Shown here piece after piece: positions 1-15,020 of a stretch of 64,000 nt of DNA. Position 1 is the first letter of the stretch, and each line of letters begins with the position of its first letter. This DNA comes from Octopus vulgaris (lineage: Eukaryota), in NCBI GenBank assembly GCA_951406725.2, contig OX597832.1:49786001-49850000 (forward strand), in the 5' to 3' direction. The position numbers were made by a program, and so were the translations under genes. The notes beneath the pieces were generated by a model, which saw only the letters and a program-made list of their open reading frames with translations, searched no databases and had not been told where the DNA came from.

Positions 1-373
1 TAACACACACACACACGTGTGTGTATGTATAAAGGTGAGTGGATGTGCACACGTGTGTGTATATGTGTATATGTGTGTGTGCTCCCATGCACACACATAC
101 AATATATTGTACTACATCTGTTTAGAATTCCAACCTGACTCTCACCAGAGCTCAGACTACAAGTTTGTTATGCACTAGGTTTTTTAACAGATATCAATTT
201 ACAAGCAATTAAAAATATATATTCTGGGGTTGTTTGTTCGGTTTTTTTTTTCTTTCTTTGGTTTCAATAAAATATTTCACATGTACACATACTAAAAAAA
301 AGTACAGAAATATGTAGGTGGATACACAACCATGCATATACAACACATGATGTATGGGTTTATATACACACAC

Positions 374-450
<77 letters not shown>

Positions 451-704
451 TTTTGTAATGTTCAATACACACACACATGGTATTTGCATTGGTGGCTGTA
501 AGTGGTTCAAATTAATTGAAAATAATTAAATAATTTAAATTAAGTATGGTATTTTAGAAGTATATCCAGAAATCCTGCGCACACACACACTTAAGTCAAT
601 CATATCTTTTACTTATTCCTGCCACTGGACTGCAGCCATGCAGGGACACTGCCTTTAAGGGTTTTATTGAACAAATAAATCCAGATTTTGGGAGAGGGGT
701 GGGG

Positions 705-769
<65 letters not shown>

Positions 770-1467
770 TACACATCAGGTACTTATTCTAATGATCTCT
801 TTTGCTGAAAAACTAAGCTGGGGAGTTAAATAAGCCAGCACCTGTTGTCAAGCAGTGGGAGGACAAACACAAACCCCATACATTATATATATATAGAGAG
901 AGAGAGGAGAGAGGAGGAGAGAGGAGAGAGACAGACAGAGAGTTTACAATTTATAGAAAATATCCAGGGGAATAATTACAAGGTAGCTAAATGTTGCTTA
1001 ACTGTCCCAGGATTTAATTCCAGGATAATAAGTCGTATTTAGTAGAAAATAGGGGAATTGAATAAGGAGACAAATGCTTGAGATGTTGTTAAACCATTTA
1101 TATCTTGAAGTCTTCTACATATAATGAGATTGATGCATTGCTGACCATAATTTACTCTGTTGGACATTTTTGGAGTGCATCTGTCAAAACATACGTAGAA
1201 GACTTCGAGATGTAAAGGGTTTAACATCCCGAGCATTGATCTCTTTATATATAACAAGAAAATGGGGATTAAAAATTCCAGGCAAATATCACTTTGAATT
1301 TAACTAATTTTGGATCATCTTGAAAACATGGTAACATGTATTTCCAGAAATATTAATTTCAATGATATTTTTGATATCTAAATATGTTAATACAACAGAA
1401 GGAACTATCAGCTTTGTAAGGTGAATTCTACAATTAAGGATGTGGTTTTCTCTATATGTATTTTTGC

Positions 1468-1505
<38 letters not shown>

Positions 1506-1511
<6 letters not shown>

Positions 1512-1668
1512 ATCCAAACAAGAAAACACAAAAAAACACAACAACGCGAGGACGTGGAACAAATATAGTATTATTGGACGCTCAGGAAAGAAGGAGGGTT
1601 TAACGTTTCGAGCGGAGCTCTTCGTTGGAAACATAGAAGGAAAGATCCAGAGAAAGGAAGACAGAGGA
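1506..1668 (-). mobile_element. Penelope-like terminal repeat fragment with mutated hammerhead (1598-1632)
   Basis: Near-identical reverse complement of 4485-4643; the core reads CCAACGA (G5A); abuts (TA)n. Confidence 0.6.
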
Positions 1669-2389
1669 TGTCCACTGTGATTAGTCCATTCTGCTGAGTG
1701 GTTGGTGTTAGGAAGAGCATCCAGCCATAAAAACCGTACCAAAACAGATAAAGTCTGGTGCAGTCTTCTGCTTGGCTAAATCCTGTCAAACCTTCCAACC
1801 CATGCCAGCATGGAAGACAGATGTTAAACGATGATGATAATGACATATATATGACAAGCTTCTTTCAATTTCCTTTTACCAAATCCACTCGCAAGGCTTC
1901 AGTCAGCCTGAGGTTATATAGTAGAAGACACTTGCCCAAGGTGCCACACAGTGGGACTGAACCTGAAACTATATGGTTGAGACGCAAACTTCTTACCACA
2001 CAGTCATGCCTGCATTGGATAATAATTAATCATTTTTTAAAAATCCAACTTCAAGCAGTGTGTATAAAGTAAAGCTGACACCAAAACGACTGAAAGAGGG
2101 GGGAATGAAACTAAATACTATATAGTATTGCATTTTACTTTAATGCAATCATCACCGCCATCACTGCCACCCATTCACCCACACACAAACGCACACATTT
2201 ACAAATAAACCTAGAAGAAACTTCATCGGACTAACTAAATATAGTTTACACAACCTCATGGGGGTTACCAGAATATTTCAATTTTTTTTTTTTCCTTTTA
2301 CTTCTTTCAAAGTCAACAAGGATGAAAAGAATGTGTATTGCAATTATTTGAAAAAATAAATAAATATATAAAATTTGAACTGAAATACT

Positions 2390-2617
2390 TTAACCCTTTA
2401 GCATTCAGATTATTCTGTCAAATGTAAAGCTTATATATTCACACTATGTAAAATTAATCTTGCATCATTTCATGGCTTTGAGATTTCAATGATGTGATTG
2501 TTTATTTTTAAAATGACACAATAAGGTAGCTATGAATGACCATATATGACTAGTTTGAACATAAAATAGGTAGAATATTTTGGCTGGATATGGCCGGTTT
2601 AAACACTAAAGGGTTAA
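2390..2617. mobile_element. piggyBac-like MITE, family 1
   Basis: TTAA/CCCTTTAG...CTAAAGGG/TTAA termini. Other copies at 41865-42091, 62119-62346, about 48553-48777, 59893-60295 (two, back to back), 31290-31510 and 44627-44840. Confidence 0.72.
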
Positions 2618-3908
2618 ATCCCCTCTTTAAAAAAAAAAAATAACAATGCATATGTGTATGATGAGATCATCACTGATTTAACTCTTTCCATACCAACCCA
2701 CCTGAGACTGACCCTGGTTCTGTGATTCAAACTTCCTGTTTTAAAATGACCTAAATTAAAGCCTCTTTATAAAATTTCGTGTTAAATTATATGTGAAATT
2801 AATTGAAATGAAAGGAACGTATTTTGACAGAAATAGAGTAATAAAAAGGTTAAAGAGATCTCAACAAAATTTTGTGCTAATTTATATTCCAAAACACCAG
2901 TTTAATAATGACAAAATTTATTTTAATAAATTCTTCATTATGAGCAAAAATTAATTGAAATAAAAGCAGTGAATTTCATCAGAAATTTTGTAACAAAAAT
3001 ATTAGCAAGAAGAGTCGACAATTTTCAATACATTCAAACATACCAGGCAACATGAAGCAAAGAAATAGCAGCAAATGATTCCAACAAAATGCACAAACTC
3101 CCTCTCTCTGAATGAAATATGGTGAAACCAACAACTGAACACCTGTCAAGTGCAGTAGCTGTTGTTGTTTAGCCCTGGGTTAACCTGACTGAGTATAAGA
3201 CTTATGCTCAAAAGTGTTTCAGATATGACTACCTCCTTTATTATTATTATTATCATTTTTTTTTTGTATAGTGAGAAATGCATTGTACAGTGCAATTTTT
3301 GTGGTTGTTTCTTTTAACCAGGATGGTATGATTAGAGGGAGGCTTGACTGCTATTTCTAGCAGACTAAACAACAAAATAGAGCAGTAGTCCTCATATAGT
3401 AAGTAGGCCACAGTATACTGGTGCACAGGAAAAAGGTATCCAGGTGCAGAGCAAATTTTTAAATATATATTTGATAGATAGAAAGATAGATAGATATTTT
3501 GGAGTATAATTTAAGGGTTCAGAATATATATACTAATACTTGTGAGTGAAATTTGTTTGATAGAAATTGCATGGAAATTCGTTATGTGTGTATGTGTATA
3601 GACACACAAACAAATGGGTATGTATGTGTATGCGTGTATATATTAATGTTTACATCACTTAACATGCAGTGCTGCTTGTATACGTATGACATACACTTTT
3701 ACTCTTGTTTCAGTCATTTGAGACTGCTGCCATGCTGGAGCACCGCCTTTAGTCAAGCAAATCCACCCCAGGACTTATTCTTTGTAAGACCAGTCTCTTT
3801 TGCCGAACCACTAAGTTACGGGGACATAAACACACCACCATCAGTTGTCAAGTGATGCTGGGGAACAAACACCGACACACACATACATTCATACACACAC
3901 GCACACAC

Positions 3909-3955
<47 letters not shown>

Positions 3956-4484
3956 CGACCATCTTCTTTCAGTTTCTGTCTACCAAATCCACTCACAAGG
4001 CTTTGGTCAGCCCAAGGCTATAGTAGAAGACTCTTGCTCAAGGTGCCACGCAGTGGGACTGAACCCAGAACTATCTTGTTGGTAAGCAAGCTACTTACCA
4101 CACAGCCACTGCTGTATGGGTCTGTGGAGTACTCAGCCACTTGCATGTTAATTTCACAAGCAGGCTGTTGCAAGGATTGGATCAACTGGGACACTGACCA
4201 TTGTAACTCATGGAGTGCCAGTTACTGCAGCCGTTGTACTCAAGGGCACAACCATGGCAAGGCCACGATCCAATGAATAAAATGAGCACAAAAGTATAAA
4301 AGAGAAGCTACACCACTACAGCAAAAGAAAAAAAACATAGGCGTACCTCTGTGGTAAGGAGCTTGCTTCCCAACCACATAGCATCTTGGGCAAGTGACTT
4401 CTACTATAGCCTTGGGCTGACCAAAGCCTTGTAAGTGGATTTGGTAAACAGAAACTAAAAGAGGCCCATCATACATATACATAT

Positions 4485-4643
4485 GTCTTCCCTTCTCGGG
4501 ATCTTTCCTTCTCCTATGTTTCCGACGAAGAGCTCCGCTCGAAACGTTAAACTCTCCTTCTTTCCTGAGCGTCCAATAATACTATATTTGTTCCACATCC
4601 TCACGCTGTTGTGTTTTTTTGTGTTTTCTTGTTTGGATTAACT
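4485..4643 (+). mobile_element. Penelope-like terminal repeat fragment with minimal hammerhead (4518-4552)
   Basis: GTTT-CCGACGAA-GAGC TCC GCTC-GAA-ACGT-T-AAAC: short stem I, palindromic stem III, U4C core variant; abuts (TA)n. Inverted copy at 1506-1668. Confidence 0.6.
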
Positions 4644-4981
4644 ATATATATATATATATATATATACTCTTTTATTTGTTTCAGTCATTTGACTGTGGCC
4701 ATGCTGGGGCACCACCTTTTTAGTCGAGCAAATCGACCTCAGGACTTATTCTTTGTAAGCCTAGTACTTATTCTAGTGGTCTCTTTTGCCGAACCGCTAA
4801 GTTACGGGGACGTAAACACACCAGCATCAGCTGTCAAGCGATGTTGGGGGCGCAAACACAGACACACACACACATATCATCATCATCATCATTTAACGTC
4901 CGCTTTCCATGCTAGCATGGGTTGGACGGTTCAACTGGGGTCTGGGGAGCCCGAAAGCTGCACCAGTCCTGTCAGATCTGG

Positions 4982-5038
<57 letters not shown>

Positions 5039-7552
5039 TACGACGGGCTTCTTTCAGTTTCCATCTACCAAATCCACTCACAAGGCTTTAGTCAGCCCGA
5101 AGCCATAGTAGAAGACACTTGCACAAGGTGCCATGCAGTGGGACTGAAGCCGAAACCATGTGGCTGGAGAGCAAGCTACTTACCACACAGCCACTCCTAT
5201 ATATATATATATAATATGTCGTATTTACTGTTCTTCATAGCTTTTAGTGAAGTCAAAGTCCTTCCCCTGTCAAGGCATATGAAACAAACTGCTACACTGG
5301 TGACCTTCGTTGTCAAAACATTTGAAGTTTTAATCCCAATGTCTAAAAACCTTTTAGCATTTAAACCAGCCGTGCCTGGCCGAAATATTCTACCTGTTTT
5401 ATGTTCAAACTGACCAGATCTGGCTTCTCACATCAACCCTACAATATCAGTCTAATAATGCATGAATAATTCAAAACGACGTGAATGGCAAAATAATGTG
5501 AATGTTCAAGGGTTAAGCATTTAAATTCTGGCTTTCATATACTGAATTGATTTAGTTGGTGTGTTATATGATGCTTTAGGCAATAGCATTCATGATAATT
5601 GGTGTGACTGAATTGAGACAGACAAATTACAAACATAGATTAAGTGTGCATATGTATGTTTGTGAACACGTGTGCGTGTGTGCATATCATTGAATAATCT
5701 GTATTAATATGAGAGTGTGTGTATACTCTTTTACTTGATTCAGTCATTTGACTGCGGCCATGCTGGAGCACTGCCTTTAGTCGAGCAAATCGACACCAGG
5801 ACTTATTCTTTGTAAGCCTAGTACTTATTCTAGTGGTCTCTTTTGCCGAACTGCTAAGTTACGAGGATGTAAACACACCAGCATCGGTTGTCAAGCGATG
5901 TTGGGGGCACAAACACAGACACACAAGCATATACACACACGTACATATATATATATATACGATGGGCTTCCTTCAGTTTCTGTCTACGAAATCCACTCAC
6001 AAGGCTTTGGTCGGCCCAAGGCTATAGTAGAAGACACTTGCTCAAGGGGTGCCACGCAGTGGGACTGAACCCAGAACCATGTGGTTCGTAAGCAAGCTAC
6101 TTACCACTGGGTTTTGTTTTGTGTATTTCTCTGAATGTGTGTGTGTCTATTTGTACTGTGTCTGCATATGTGTGTGTGTGTGTGTGCGTGCACACATGCA
6201 TGTGTGTGTATGTGTCTTTCCATATGTATGTCACCATTTGTATCACAGTGTGTTTGTACACATGTCCACACGTCTGTCTCCTGGTGTTAGCTTTGTCCAT
6301 GTGTCTATAAGTATTGATATAAGCGACATTATTTCTCGCAACCTTTTTGCCAAACTCAGACAGAATGACAAAAACATAAACACTCGATCACACCCACATA
6401 CATACACCCACACACACACACACACACACATTCCCTCACTAGCTCTCCCGCCATTTCTGAAGTTTGGAACTGCAATGAACTATCCACTCTTACTGCACAC
6501 GTAGAGCTTCAGATTTCAAGTGGGAGGTGGGGGGTGGAGGGTGGGGGTGGAGAATAGGAATGAAAATACAATCAGAATGAAAACTTGTAAGCATTCATGT
6601 CTGCATGGTTTTTTTGTCTTTTTTTATTATTATCATTATTATTATTATTATTATTATTAAATGAAATAAAAGCAGAGATATAAAACAAAACCTCCTCGAT
6701 ATTACTGTGGTGGTGGTGATGACAACCACACAGAATAGTCTCAATTGTACTGGAAACAGCAATAACAACGGCAGTAGTAGTAATAAATATATAGTATGCG
6801 CCAGTCGTTAATTTGTTCTACAAACATACGTACACACACACACACACAAATAACCAAAGTAAAATAAAATAAAGGAGGTTACATAGCTTACTCACATACA
6901 AACAATAATGTAAAGGGAGGTAAGGGAGAGCCTTTAAACTAGGCCAGTCCAGTCTTGCCTGTCAGTCAGTCACTGAAATATACACACCACACGGACACAC
7001 ACACACATATATATATATACACATATACACACAAATCATTAGAGTTAAACAGCAGCAGGTTGAAACTTTCTGTGTCAGGTTGTGTAGACACTTCCTATTC
7101 TTGAGCAAAAAAAAAAAAAAATCAACACAGATATTAAAAAAAAAAAAAAAAATATGTTGTTGTGTTGAAATGGCTCCGTGGCGAGCATGGTTATGGCTCA
7201 GTTCAAAAGCAAGGGTTCCAAAGGGAAAAAAAAGGAAAATATTCTAATAGTGGAAAAAAAAAAAGGGAGTATAGCACCTTGAGCAAAAGCATCTTACTAT
7301 AGTTGGAGAATCTAATGCCTTGTGAGTGGGTTTGATAGGTAGAAACTGAGCGAAGCTTGCATTGGTTGGATGGAGTGTATTGGGGGCAGATTTTCCATGG
7401 CCAGGTGCCCTTCCTGTTGCCAACCTTCACCTGTTTCAAAACAAGGTAATTTTCCCCCATGTCTAGACATGTTCTCGCAGAATATCAAAAACGAATGACA
7501 CAGTTACTTTAATTATTTTACAACTATCACACGATGTGAAAACAAGGAGACA

Positions 7553-7592
<40 letters not shown>

Positions 7593-8869
7593 GGGCTTTT
7601 TTTCAGTTCCTGTCTGCCAAATCCACTCACAAGGCTTTGGTCAGTCCAGAGCTATAGTAGAAGACGCTTGCTCAGAGTGCCACACAGTGGGACTGAACCC
7701 AGAACCATGTGGTTGGGAAGCAAGCTTCTTACCACACAGCCACAGACAGACATAGATTGTTAATTGGTTATGCATGTGTTCATTTGTACGAAGGCATGGC
7801 AATTAGTATTTATATTAGTGGTGTATGTATGGATGGATGGATGCATGCATGCATGCATGTATGTGCTGAGCACTGACAGCAGAAGTGGTTTGCAGCACAA
7901 GAATACAAAGGAGAACACAGAGAGCGAGACAGTGTGTGATTATATCTCAAAACACCAAAGTTTATACATGAAATCACAAAGGGTTACGATAAGTGAAGAT
8001 ACAATTTACAGCAGACTCACCTAAGCCATGTTGACACAGAAAAACACATTAAATGACAAAGCTGATGGGGATTGATGTCTGTACTGTATACACACACAGA
8101 GAGAAACATATGCTAGCTTGACTGTCTGGAAAATGCAGCCCAATCTCTCTCAGACTACATCTACCACTTTAAAAGCATAAGGACAGATTACGAGGTGTGA
8201 TTTTAAATGAAGGAAAAAAGACACGGTGATGGTGATCGTAACTGGCACACCTTTGATTGTAAGTCTATAAATTCGGGGCTGGTCCCAAATGAAACATGGG
8301 GTTATTAAACAACAACATACACCAGCTCATTGATAAAACTGTAACATAAGCCCCAGAGTTCATTTCCAGCCTTAAACTATACTCCGAAAGTAAACCACAT
8401 TGCACTAATTATTTCAGCTGTTTTCATACATGAAAAAAAAAAAGCGTATTATATAGAAAAGGCATAGCAATACATCTGGTACAGCAAGCTTGGCTGCACA
8501 TAGTGAATACCAGAGTAACACAGTAGCAAGCTAAGTTTTAACCAATAAGCCATTATACTATCATTAACTAGTGTTAACTGCTAAAGCTAACTGCTACATT
8601 TATTAACAATAAAGTATCTCCCCCGACCTTTCTTTTTTTTTTTACTCTCTCTCTTTCCCACCACCCCTGTCTCTCTCTGTCTCGGAGAGAATGAATAGGA
8701 GAAATGACATTGTATGGCAGTGAAACCTGAATGACAGAGGATCTGCAGTAGTTTGAAAGAAACAAGTGGCCCTCCACCACATCTAAGTAAGTACTAACCT
8801 CAAATAAGCGCCGACTCAGATTGTGACAACCCACAGAAAACAAATGTAAAATGGTGACAAGGATTTGAT

Positions 8870-9545
<676 letters not shown>

Positions 9546-9888
9546 GTGTGCGTGCGTCAATGTGAATGATTAATAGTGACAACAGGTATAGGTGAAAATG
9601 TTACACGACAATGTTACCAGAGACTCAAGAATCAATAAGTTTTGAAAAGTTTTCATTACAGAGATTACTTTTAAGAGCAACCTGTGGAAAAAAATAGCAG
9701 GCAAACACACACACAAACAAACAAAAGAAGACACAAGATCATGTCCTGAAGTGTGTTACAGTAAATACTACTTTCACAGTAGCATGGCATGTATTGATTG
9801 CTGAAAACAGGACAATTAAATTATGTGTTTAAACAGCAATAAACTTACTAGCGGGATCCTTTAAAAGAAAAAATAGTGTAGTACTTAC

Positions 9889-9937
9889 AGATAAAATATT
9901 ATCCAAGCTAATACCAACAAAAGCCAGCCTCTCCTTT
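9889..9937 (-). CDS. RSF1: RSF1 coding exon (most 3' exon found)
   Basis: TTGCAG acceptor, GTAAGT donor, 49 nt, phase 2 to 0. (R)KERLAFVGISLDNILS, like RSF1 RKERLVYVGISIENII. Confidence 0.92.
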
Positions 9938-10230
9938 CTGCAAGGAACAAAAAATGATGGAAAAAAAAATAATAAATAAAGTTAATTTCACTACATACAA
10001 AATTTTAATAGAAAACAGAAACCTACATAATAGGAAAAAACCAATGCAAGAAATACTATTATGTGTATATGAGTGTAGGTATGTATGTATGTATTTATTT
10101 GCAATAGTATGTCAATGTGTGGGGGGGGAGTGTGTGTGCTCACACACAATTATAAATATAGTATTTATAGGAAATGCAAGTACACAAATCAGTAGGAAAG
10201 TTTTCGATAAATATTTTAAAAATTTCTTTT

Positions 10231-10588
10231 CATCATCATCATCATCATCGTTTAGCGTCCGCTTTCCATGCTGGCATGGGTTGGACGGTTCAACTGGGCT
10301 CTGGGAAGCCAGAAGGCTGCACCAGGCTCCAGTCTGATCTGGCAATGTTTCTACGGCTGGATGCCCTTCCTAACGCCAACCACACCGTGAGTGTAGTGGA
10401 TGCTTTTTACGTGCCACCAGCACAGGTGCCAGACGAGGCTGGCAAACAGCCATGATCGGATGGTGCTTTTTACGTGCCACCGGCACGGAGGCCAGGTGAG
10501 GCAGGCAAACGGCCACGATCGGATGGTGCTTTTTACGTGCCACCGGCACGGAGGCCAGGCGAGGCTGGTAACGACCACGATCGGATGG
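10231..10588 (-). mobile_element. RTE 3' UTR fragment with internal tandem units
   Basis: Homologous to 18420-18712, (CAT)n tail on the + strand, three ~62-nt units. Similar minus-strand copies at about 4877-4984, 11236-11472, 28060-28345, 29370-29670, 48266-48547 and 63087-63375. Confidence 0.8.
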
Positions 10589-12440
10589 AGTAAATAAACC
10601 AAAATTAAATACATAAATCCACAGAAACTGTGAGACATTTCATTTCATACTCACTGAAGCAAAACACAATATGACTGATGATGATGATGATGATGATGAT
10701 AATAGTAATAATGTGCCACAACGGTTGACAAAAGACATCAAGGACAGTACAGAATGAAGCATAAAAAGAGAGTAAAAAGAAAGAAAGAGTTAAGGAAATT
10801 CTCTAAAAGAAGGCAGATCTTCAAGGGTTTTCTTGTGGAAGCCCCACAAAACCCTGGTAAATCTGACCACTAAAGATAAGTGCTCCTCCATCTCCACCCA
10901 CCCACAATTGTCCGCCAATCGACAGGGACAGGGACAGGCTCTGAGCCAGCCTGTTGCTCCAGTCCATGCTCACTGCCCTCAACCACCTTTCAACAAATTT
11001 GCTAGGAAGCAGAACCTTCCATTTCCACCCACATTTTCTTTTTCATATGAAACTTGAGAAAGTAGGTGTAGGTGTAGGTGTGTGGTAAGAAGTCTGCTTC
11101 TCAACAACATGGTTCTGGGTTCGGTTACGCTGCACCTTGGGTAAGTGTCTTCTATTATAGCTTCGGGCCAACCAAAGCCTTGTGTGTGGTTTTAGTAAGG
11201 AGAAACTGCAAGAAGCTGCTGTGTGTATGTGTGTTCATTATCATCATCATCATCTTTTAACGTCCGTTTTCCATGCTTGCATGGGTTGGACGGTTCAACC
11301 GAGGTCTGGGAATCCAGGAGGCTGCACCAGGCTCCAGTCTGATCTGGCAGTGTTTCTACAGCTGGATGCCCTTCCTAACGCCAACCGTGAGTGTAGTGGG
11401 TGCTTTTTACGTGCCAGGCAAGGCTGGCAACGGCCATGATCGTTGGTGCTTTTTACGTACAACCAGCACAGGTATGAAGATATGAAATATATCCTATATT
11501 AACTAACAATGTGTTAAAACACTATCAGGCCTTTAACATACATAGAAGTTCAAGTAGTAAAAAGCAACGAAGCTCTTAAAAATAAAAAAAATCATAAGTG
11601 GGAAAAGAGAAGAAAATGGAAAAACAATTCCTACTTACTAGTATACATTTGTCCCCCACCTCTGCTTGATAACTGATGCTATTTTGTTTAGGTCCCTATA
11701 ACTTAATTTAGTTGAGGAGCATCATAGCCACATACCGAGAAGGATTCTTTGGGGGCTTGAATAATTCACCCCTGGAAACATGGGTGTTTTGTTCAACCTT
11801 TATCCAGGGAAGAAAATTCTAACTCAGCCATACCTGCATGATCACACACTGTTAAGCTTGATATGAGGTCACCATGTTGCACACATATGGTTGTAATACA
11901 TATGCCTGATGTACCCTTTCGCTCCAACTTTCTCTCACTCTTTCTTCCTGTTTCTTGTCCCCGACTTTCTACGCAACCGCTGAGCCTGGATGCGCATTCA
12001 TCCATCTGTCGATGCTCTCGGTGTCGAGGGGTTGACCTGCTTTCTCTTCTGCAATTCTTACTAATAGCAAAGGACCACGTTTCGGACTTCTCCCACAACA
12101 GACAATCCTGAGGCGCGATCTTGCTAGCTCTAAGGAGAAGAGGGTAGGGACGAAGACCGCTTCGCTCAACAAACAAACAAACAAACAAACAGCAATAACA
12201 GCCACCATTCATTTGTTTTCCCACGTTAGCATGTGTTAGATGAATATATTATTGAGGTATGACACTCTTTCTGCTGCCATGAACCCTTGCCTTGTATGGG
12301 ATCTTTTATCCAACACGTATTATTCAAATATGTAAATCAGCAGATGATTTACTAACAGGGCAAATGACATTATCACCGCTTGGCCTAGAGTTAAACAACA
12401 ACACAACAATATCAACAACATAATAACAATAATCACCTAC

Positions 12441-12520
12441 CTCTTCATTAATCTTTCCCTTTTCTTTAACTGGAGATCAAGTTCTTGCAGATTAGTCATC
12501 AGTTTTTCTAATAACATTTT
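12441..12520 (-). CDS. RSF1: RSF1 coding exon, post-PHD helix
   Basis: TAG acceptor after a long T tract, GTAGGT donor, 80 nt, phase 0 to 2. KMLLEKLMTNLQELDLQLKKRERLMK(R), like RSF1 KLLCEKLEEQLQDLDVALKKKER. Confidence 0.9.
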
Positions 12521-13877
12521 CTAAGAAAAAAGAAAGGCAAAAAAAATATATAAAAGAACTGTATTCAAGTGTAAGGAATTTATGCATTTAACATATGTAG
12601 GAAGGGTGGGCGTGGAGAGTAGGAGTTAAGCTTACACAGCCACCAGGCCGGGTAGAAATAGGAGCCAGAGCTCCGTAAAATAAAATCACAACCAACAGTC
12701 TTGAAAAAGAAGGGAAGGACACACTGGATAATGTGGTCTTAGACACGCTTTGTTTGCATAAGTTCTAAGATGGTAACAGCAAAAATGCCTTTCAACATGC
12801 GTCTGATCAATCAAAGCTCACTTGAGGGGAGAGAACTAAACAACAATGACAGCGACATCCCAGTTTCCAATACCAAAGGGAGATGATTTCAATTGAAAAT
12901 TAAATCACTAGTATTAAATCACTAAGTGCAAGAGTGGCTGTGTGGTAAGAAGCTTGCTTACGAACCACATGGTTCCGGGTTCAGTCCCACTGTGTGACAC
13001 CTTGGGCAAGTGTCTTCTACTATAGCATCGGGCCAACCAAAGCCTTGTGAGTGGATTTGGTAGACGGTAACTGAAGGAAGCCTGTCGTGTATGTATATAT
13101 ATATATGTATGTGTATATGTTTGTGTGTCTGTCCCCAAAACAACATTTGACAACCGATGCTGGTGTGCTTATGTCCCCGTAACTTAGCGGTTCGGCAAAA
13201 GAGACCGATAGAATAAGTACTAGGCTTACAAAGAACAAGTCCCGAGGTTGATTTGTTCGACTAAAGCCGGTGCTCCAGCATGGCCGCAGTCAAATGACTG
13301 AAACAAGTAAAAGAGTATCCCTGAAAAAAGCATGCTGTCTTTCTTCAAAACCAATAAGTGTGCATGTTACATGTTACATGTGCATGTAGCTAGATGTAAA
13401 GAGAGACACATATCATCATCATAATCATCATTTAACGTCCACATTTACATGTTTGCATGAGTTAGGTGGAATTTGCTGAGGCATGATTTCTACAGCTGGA
13501 CGCCCTTCCTGTTGCCAACCCTCACCTATTTTTTGAGCAAGGTAATATTTCCCATAGCCAGATATGTTTTTCTGCAGAAGACTGGAAACATCATTTATAC
13601 TCTGACCAATCACATACAGCCAGCTGGCATTCAATTGGCATATCAAGTTTCGGGCATTTTGATTGGGTTTTGGATAGAAAATTCACAAAAAAGTCACTTC
13701 TATTGATTGTTTTATGGCTTTGCGGGGTGACTGGGGAAATGTAAAGATGTGCACGACAACCCTTGGACGGTTTTGAATGACCATAGAAAGTGCGAGCCCT
13801 CTAACTGAAAAATTGTGGATTTGTATAAAGGACACACACGTAGACATTTTGCTGTTTATATATATATTTTATAATAA

Positions 13878-13915
<38 letters not shown>

Positions 13916-14415
13916 TGATGATGATGCTTGTTTGTAATATGATATAATGCCAAAAATAAGGGTGCACACAAAACAAACTAAACACACACACAGATATACA
14001 ACAAGCTTCTTTTAGTTTCCATCTACCAGATTCACTCACAAGGCAAAGTCTGAGGATATAGACCATCAGATATGTATGAAGTAACAATATTTGTAAAAGT
14101 AAAGTGCTGGACCATTAGTATCAGTCAAGTAAGTAAAAAAAAAAAATTTAAAAAACGTTACTTTCGTTTTGAACACTGGGCAAGGCCCATAACTCTATAT
14201 TCTCTATACTGCACATATGTGTAAACAATAATAGATACAAATCTGGCTGTGAAACAATATGAAAAGAATAAAAATTCTTTTTTTTTTTTTTTTAAATCAA
14301 TAAACATCCAACTGGAAGTTTTAAAAACAAAAATGACAAAAAGATTATCATTAGTTTTTTTTTCTTTTCTTTCTTTCGTTTTCAAATACAACTTTAAAGG
14401 CTTAAAACTTATCTT

Positions 14416-14638
14416 TTAACCCTTTCATTACCAAACCGGCTGAAACCGGCTCTGTAGTACAAATGTCTTGTTATCATAAATTTTGAATTAAAATCTTCCA
14501 TCAAACCTTAATCACAATTTATGTTCCTAACACTAGCTTAATGATAATGAAGTTATTTTACTAAATTCTTTGTTATATTTAAAGTAACTGAAAGAAACAC
14601 AGAGCATCTCAAAATAAATGCGGTAACGAAAGGGTTAA
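14416..14638. mobile_element. piggyBac-like MITE, family 2
   Basis: TTAA/CCCTTTCATTAC...GTAACGAAAGGG/TTAA termini. Near-identical copies at 42288-42515, 52059-52270 and 57991-58731 (interrupted by a SINE). Confidence 0.75.
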
Positions 14639-14768
14639 ACCAGTAACACTGTCAAGTAATTAATGAATTCATTAAGTTCATGTCCATTGATGATTAATTT
14701 GAAAACATCAATCAATGCCTCTTTCTGTCTAGGCAAACATTCTTTTGCTGGCACAACTGTTCCTGTGA

Positions 14769-14804
<36 letters not shown>

Positions 14805-14915
14805 CCAAGAATCTTTAATAGTTTGATTCCCAACTTAAGGTCAAGCAAGATGAAAAAAAAAAAAAATTAAGGAATTGAAAAAAGGAAAACAAAATTTTTT
14901 TTAAAATATACTTAC

Positions 14916-15020
14916 ATGCTCACAAGGTGGACAGAACCAGTCTCCTTCAGGAATGACAAACAGTGGAGGGTGGATGCAGAGAGTGTGATAACCAGCATCA
15001 CACTTGTCGCAGAGCAGGAT
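14916..15020 (-). CDS. RSF1: RSF1 coding exon, PHD finger second half
   Basis: TAG acceptor, GTAAGT donor, 105 nt. [35 protein letters not shown] completes a C4HC3 PHD finger very close to that of RSF1. Confidence 0.96.

Noticed and set aside
5220-5342. Possible RSF1 exon reading IGIKTSNVL (also 3043-3107 reading FVGII)
   Set aside because: The true homologous segment is the 9889-9937 exon; these have poor donors or no further similarity, so no downstream exon is claimed.
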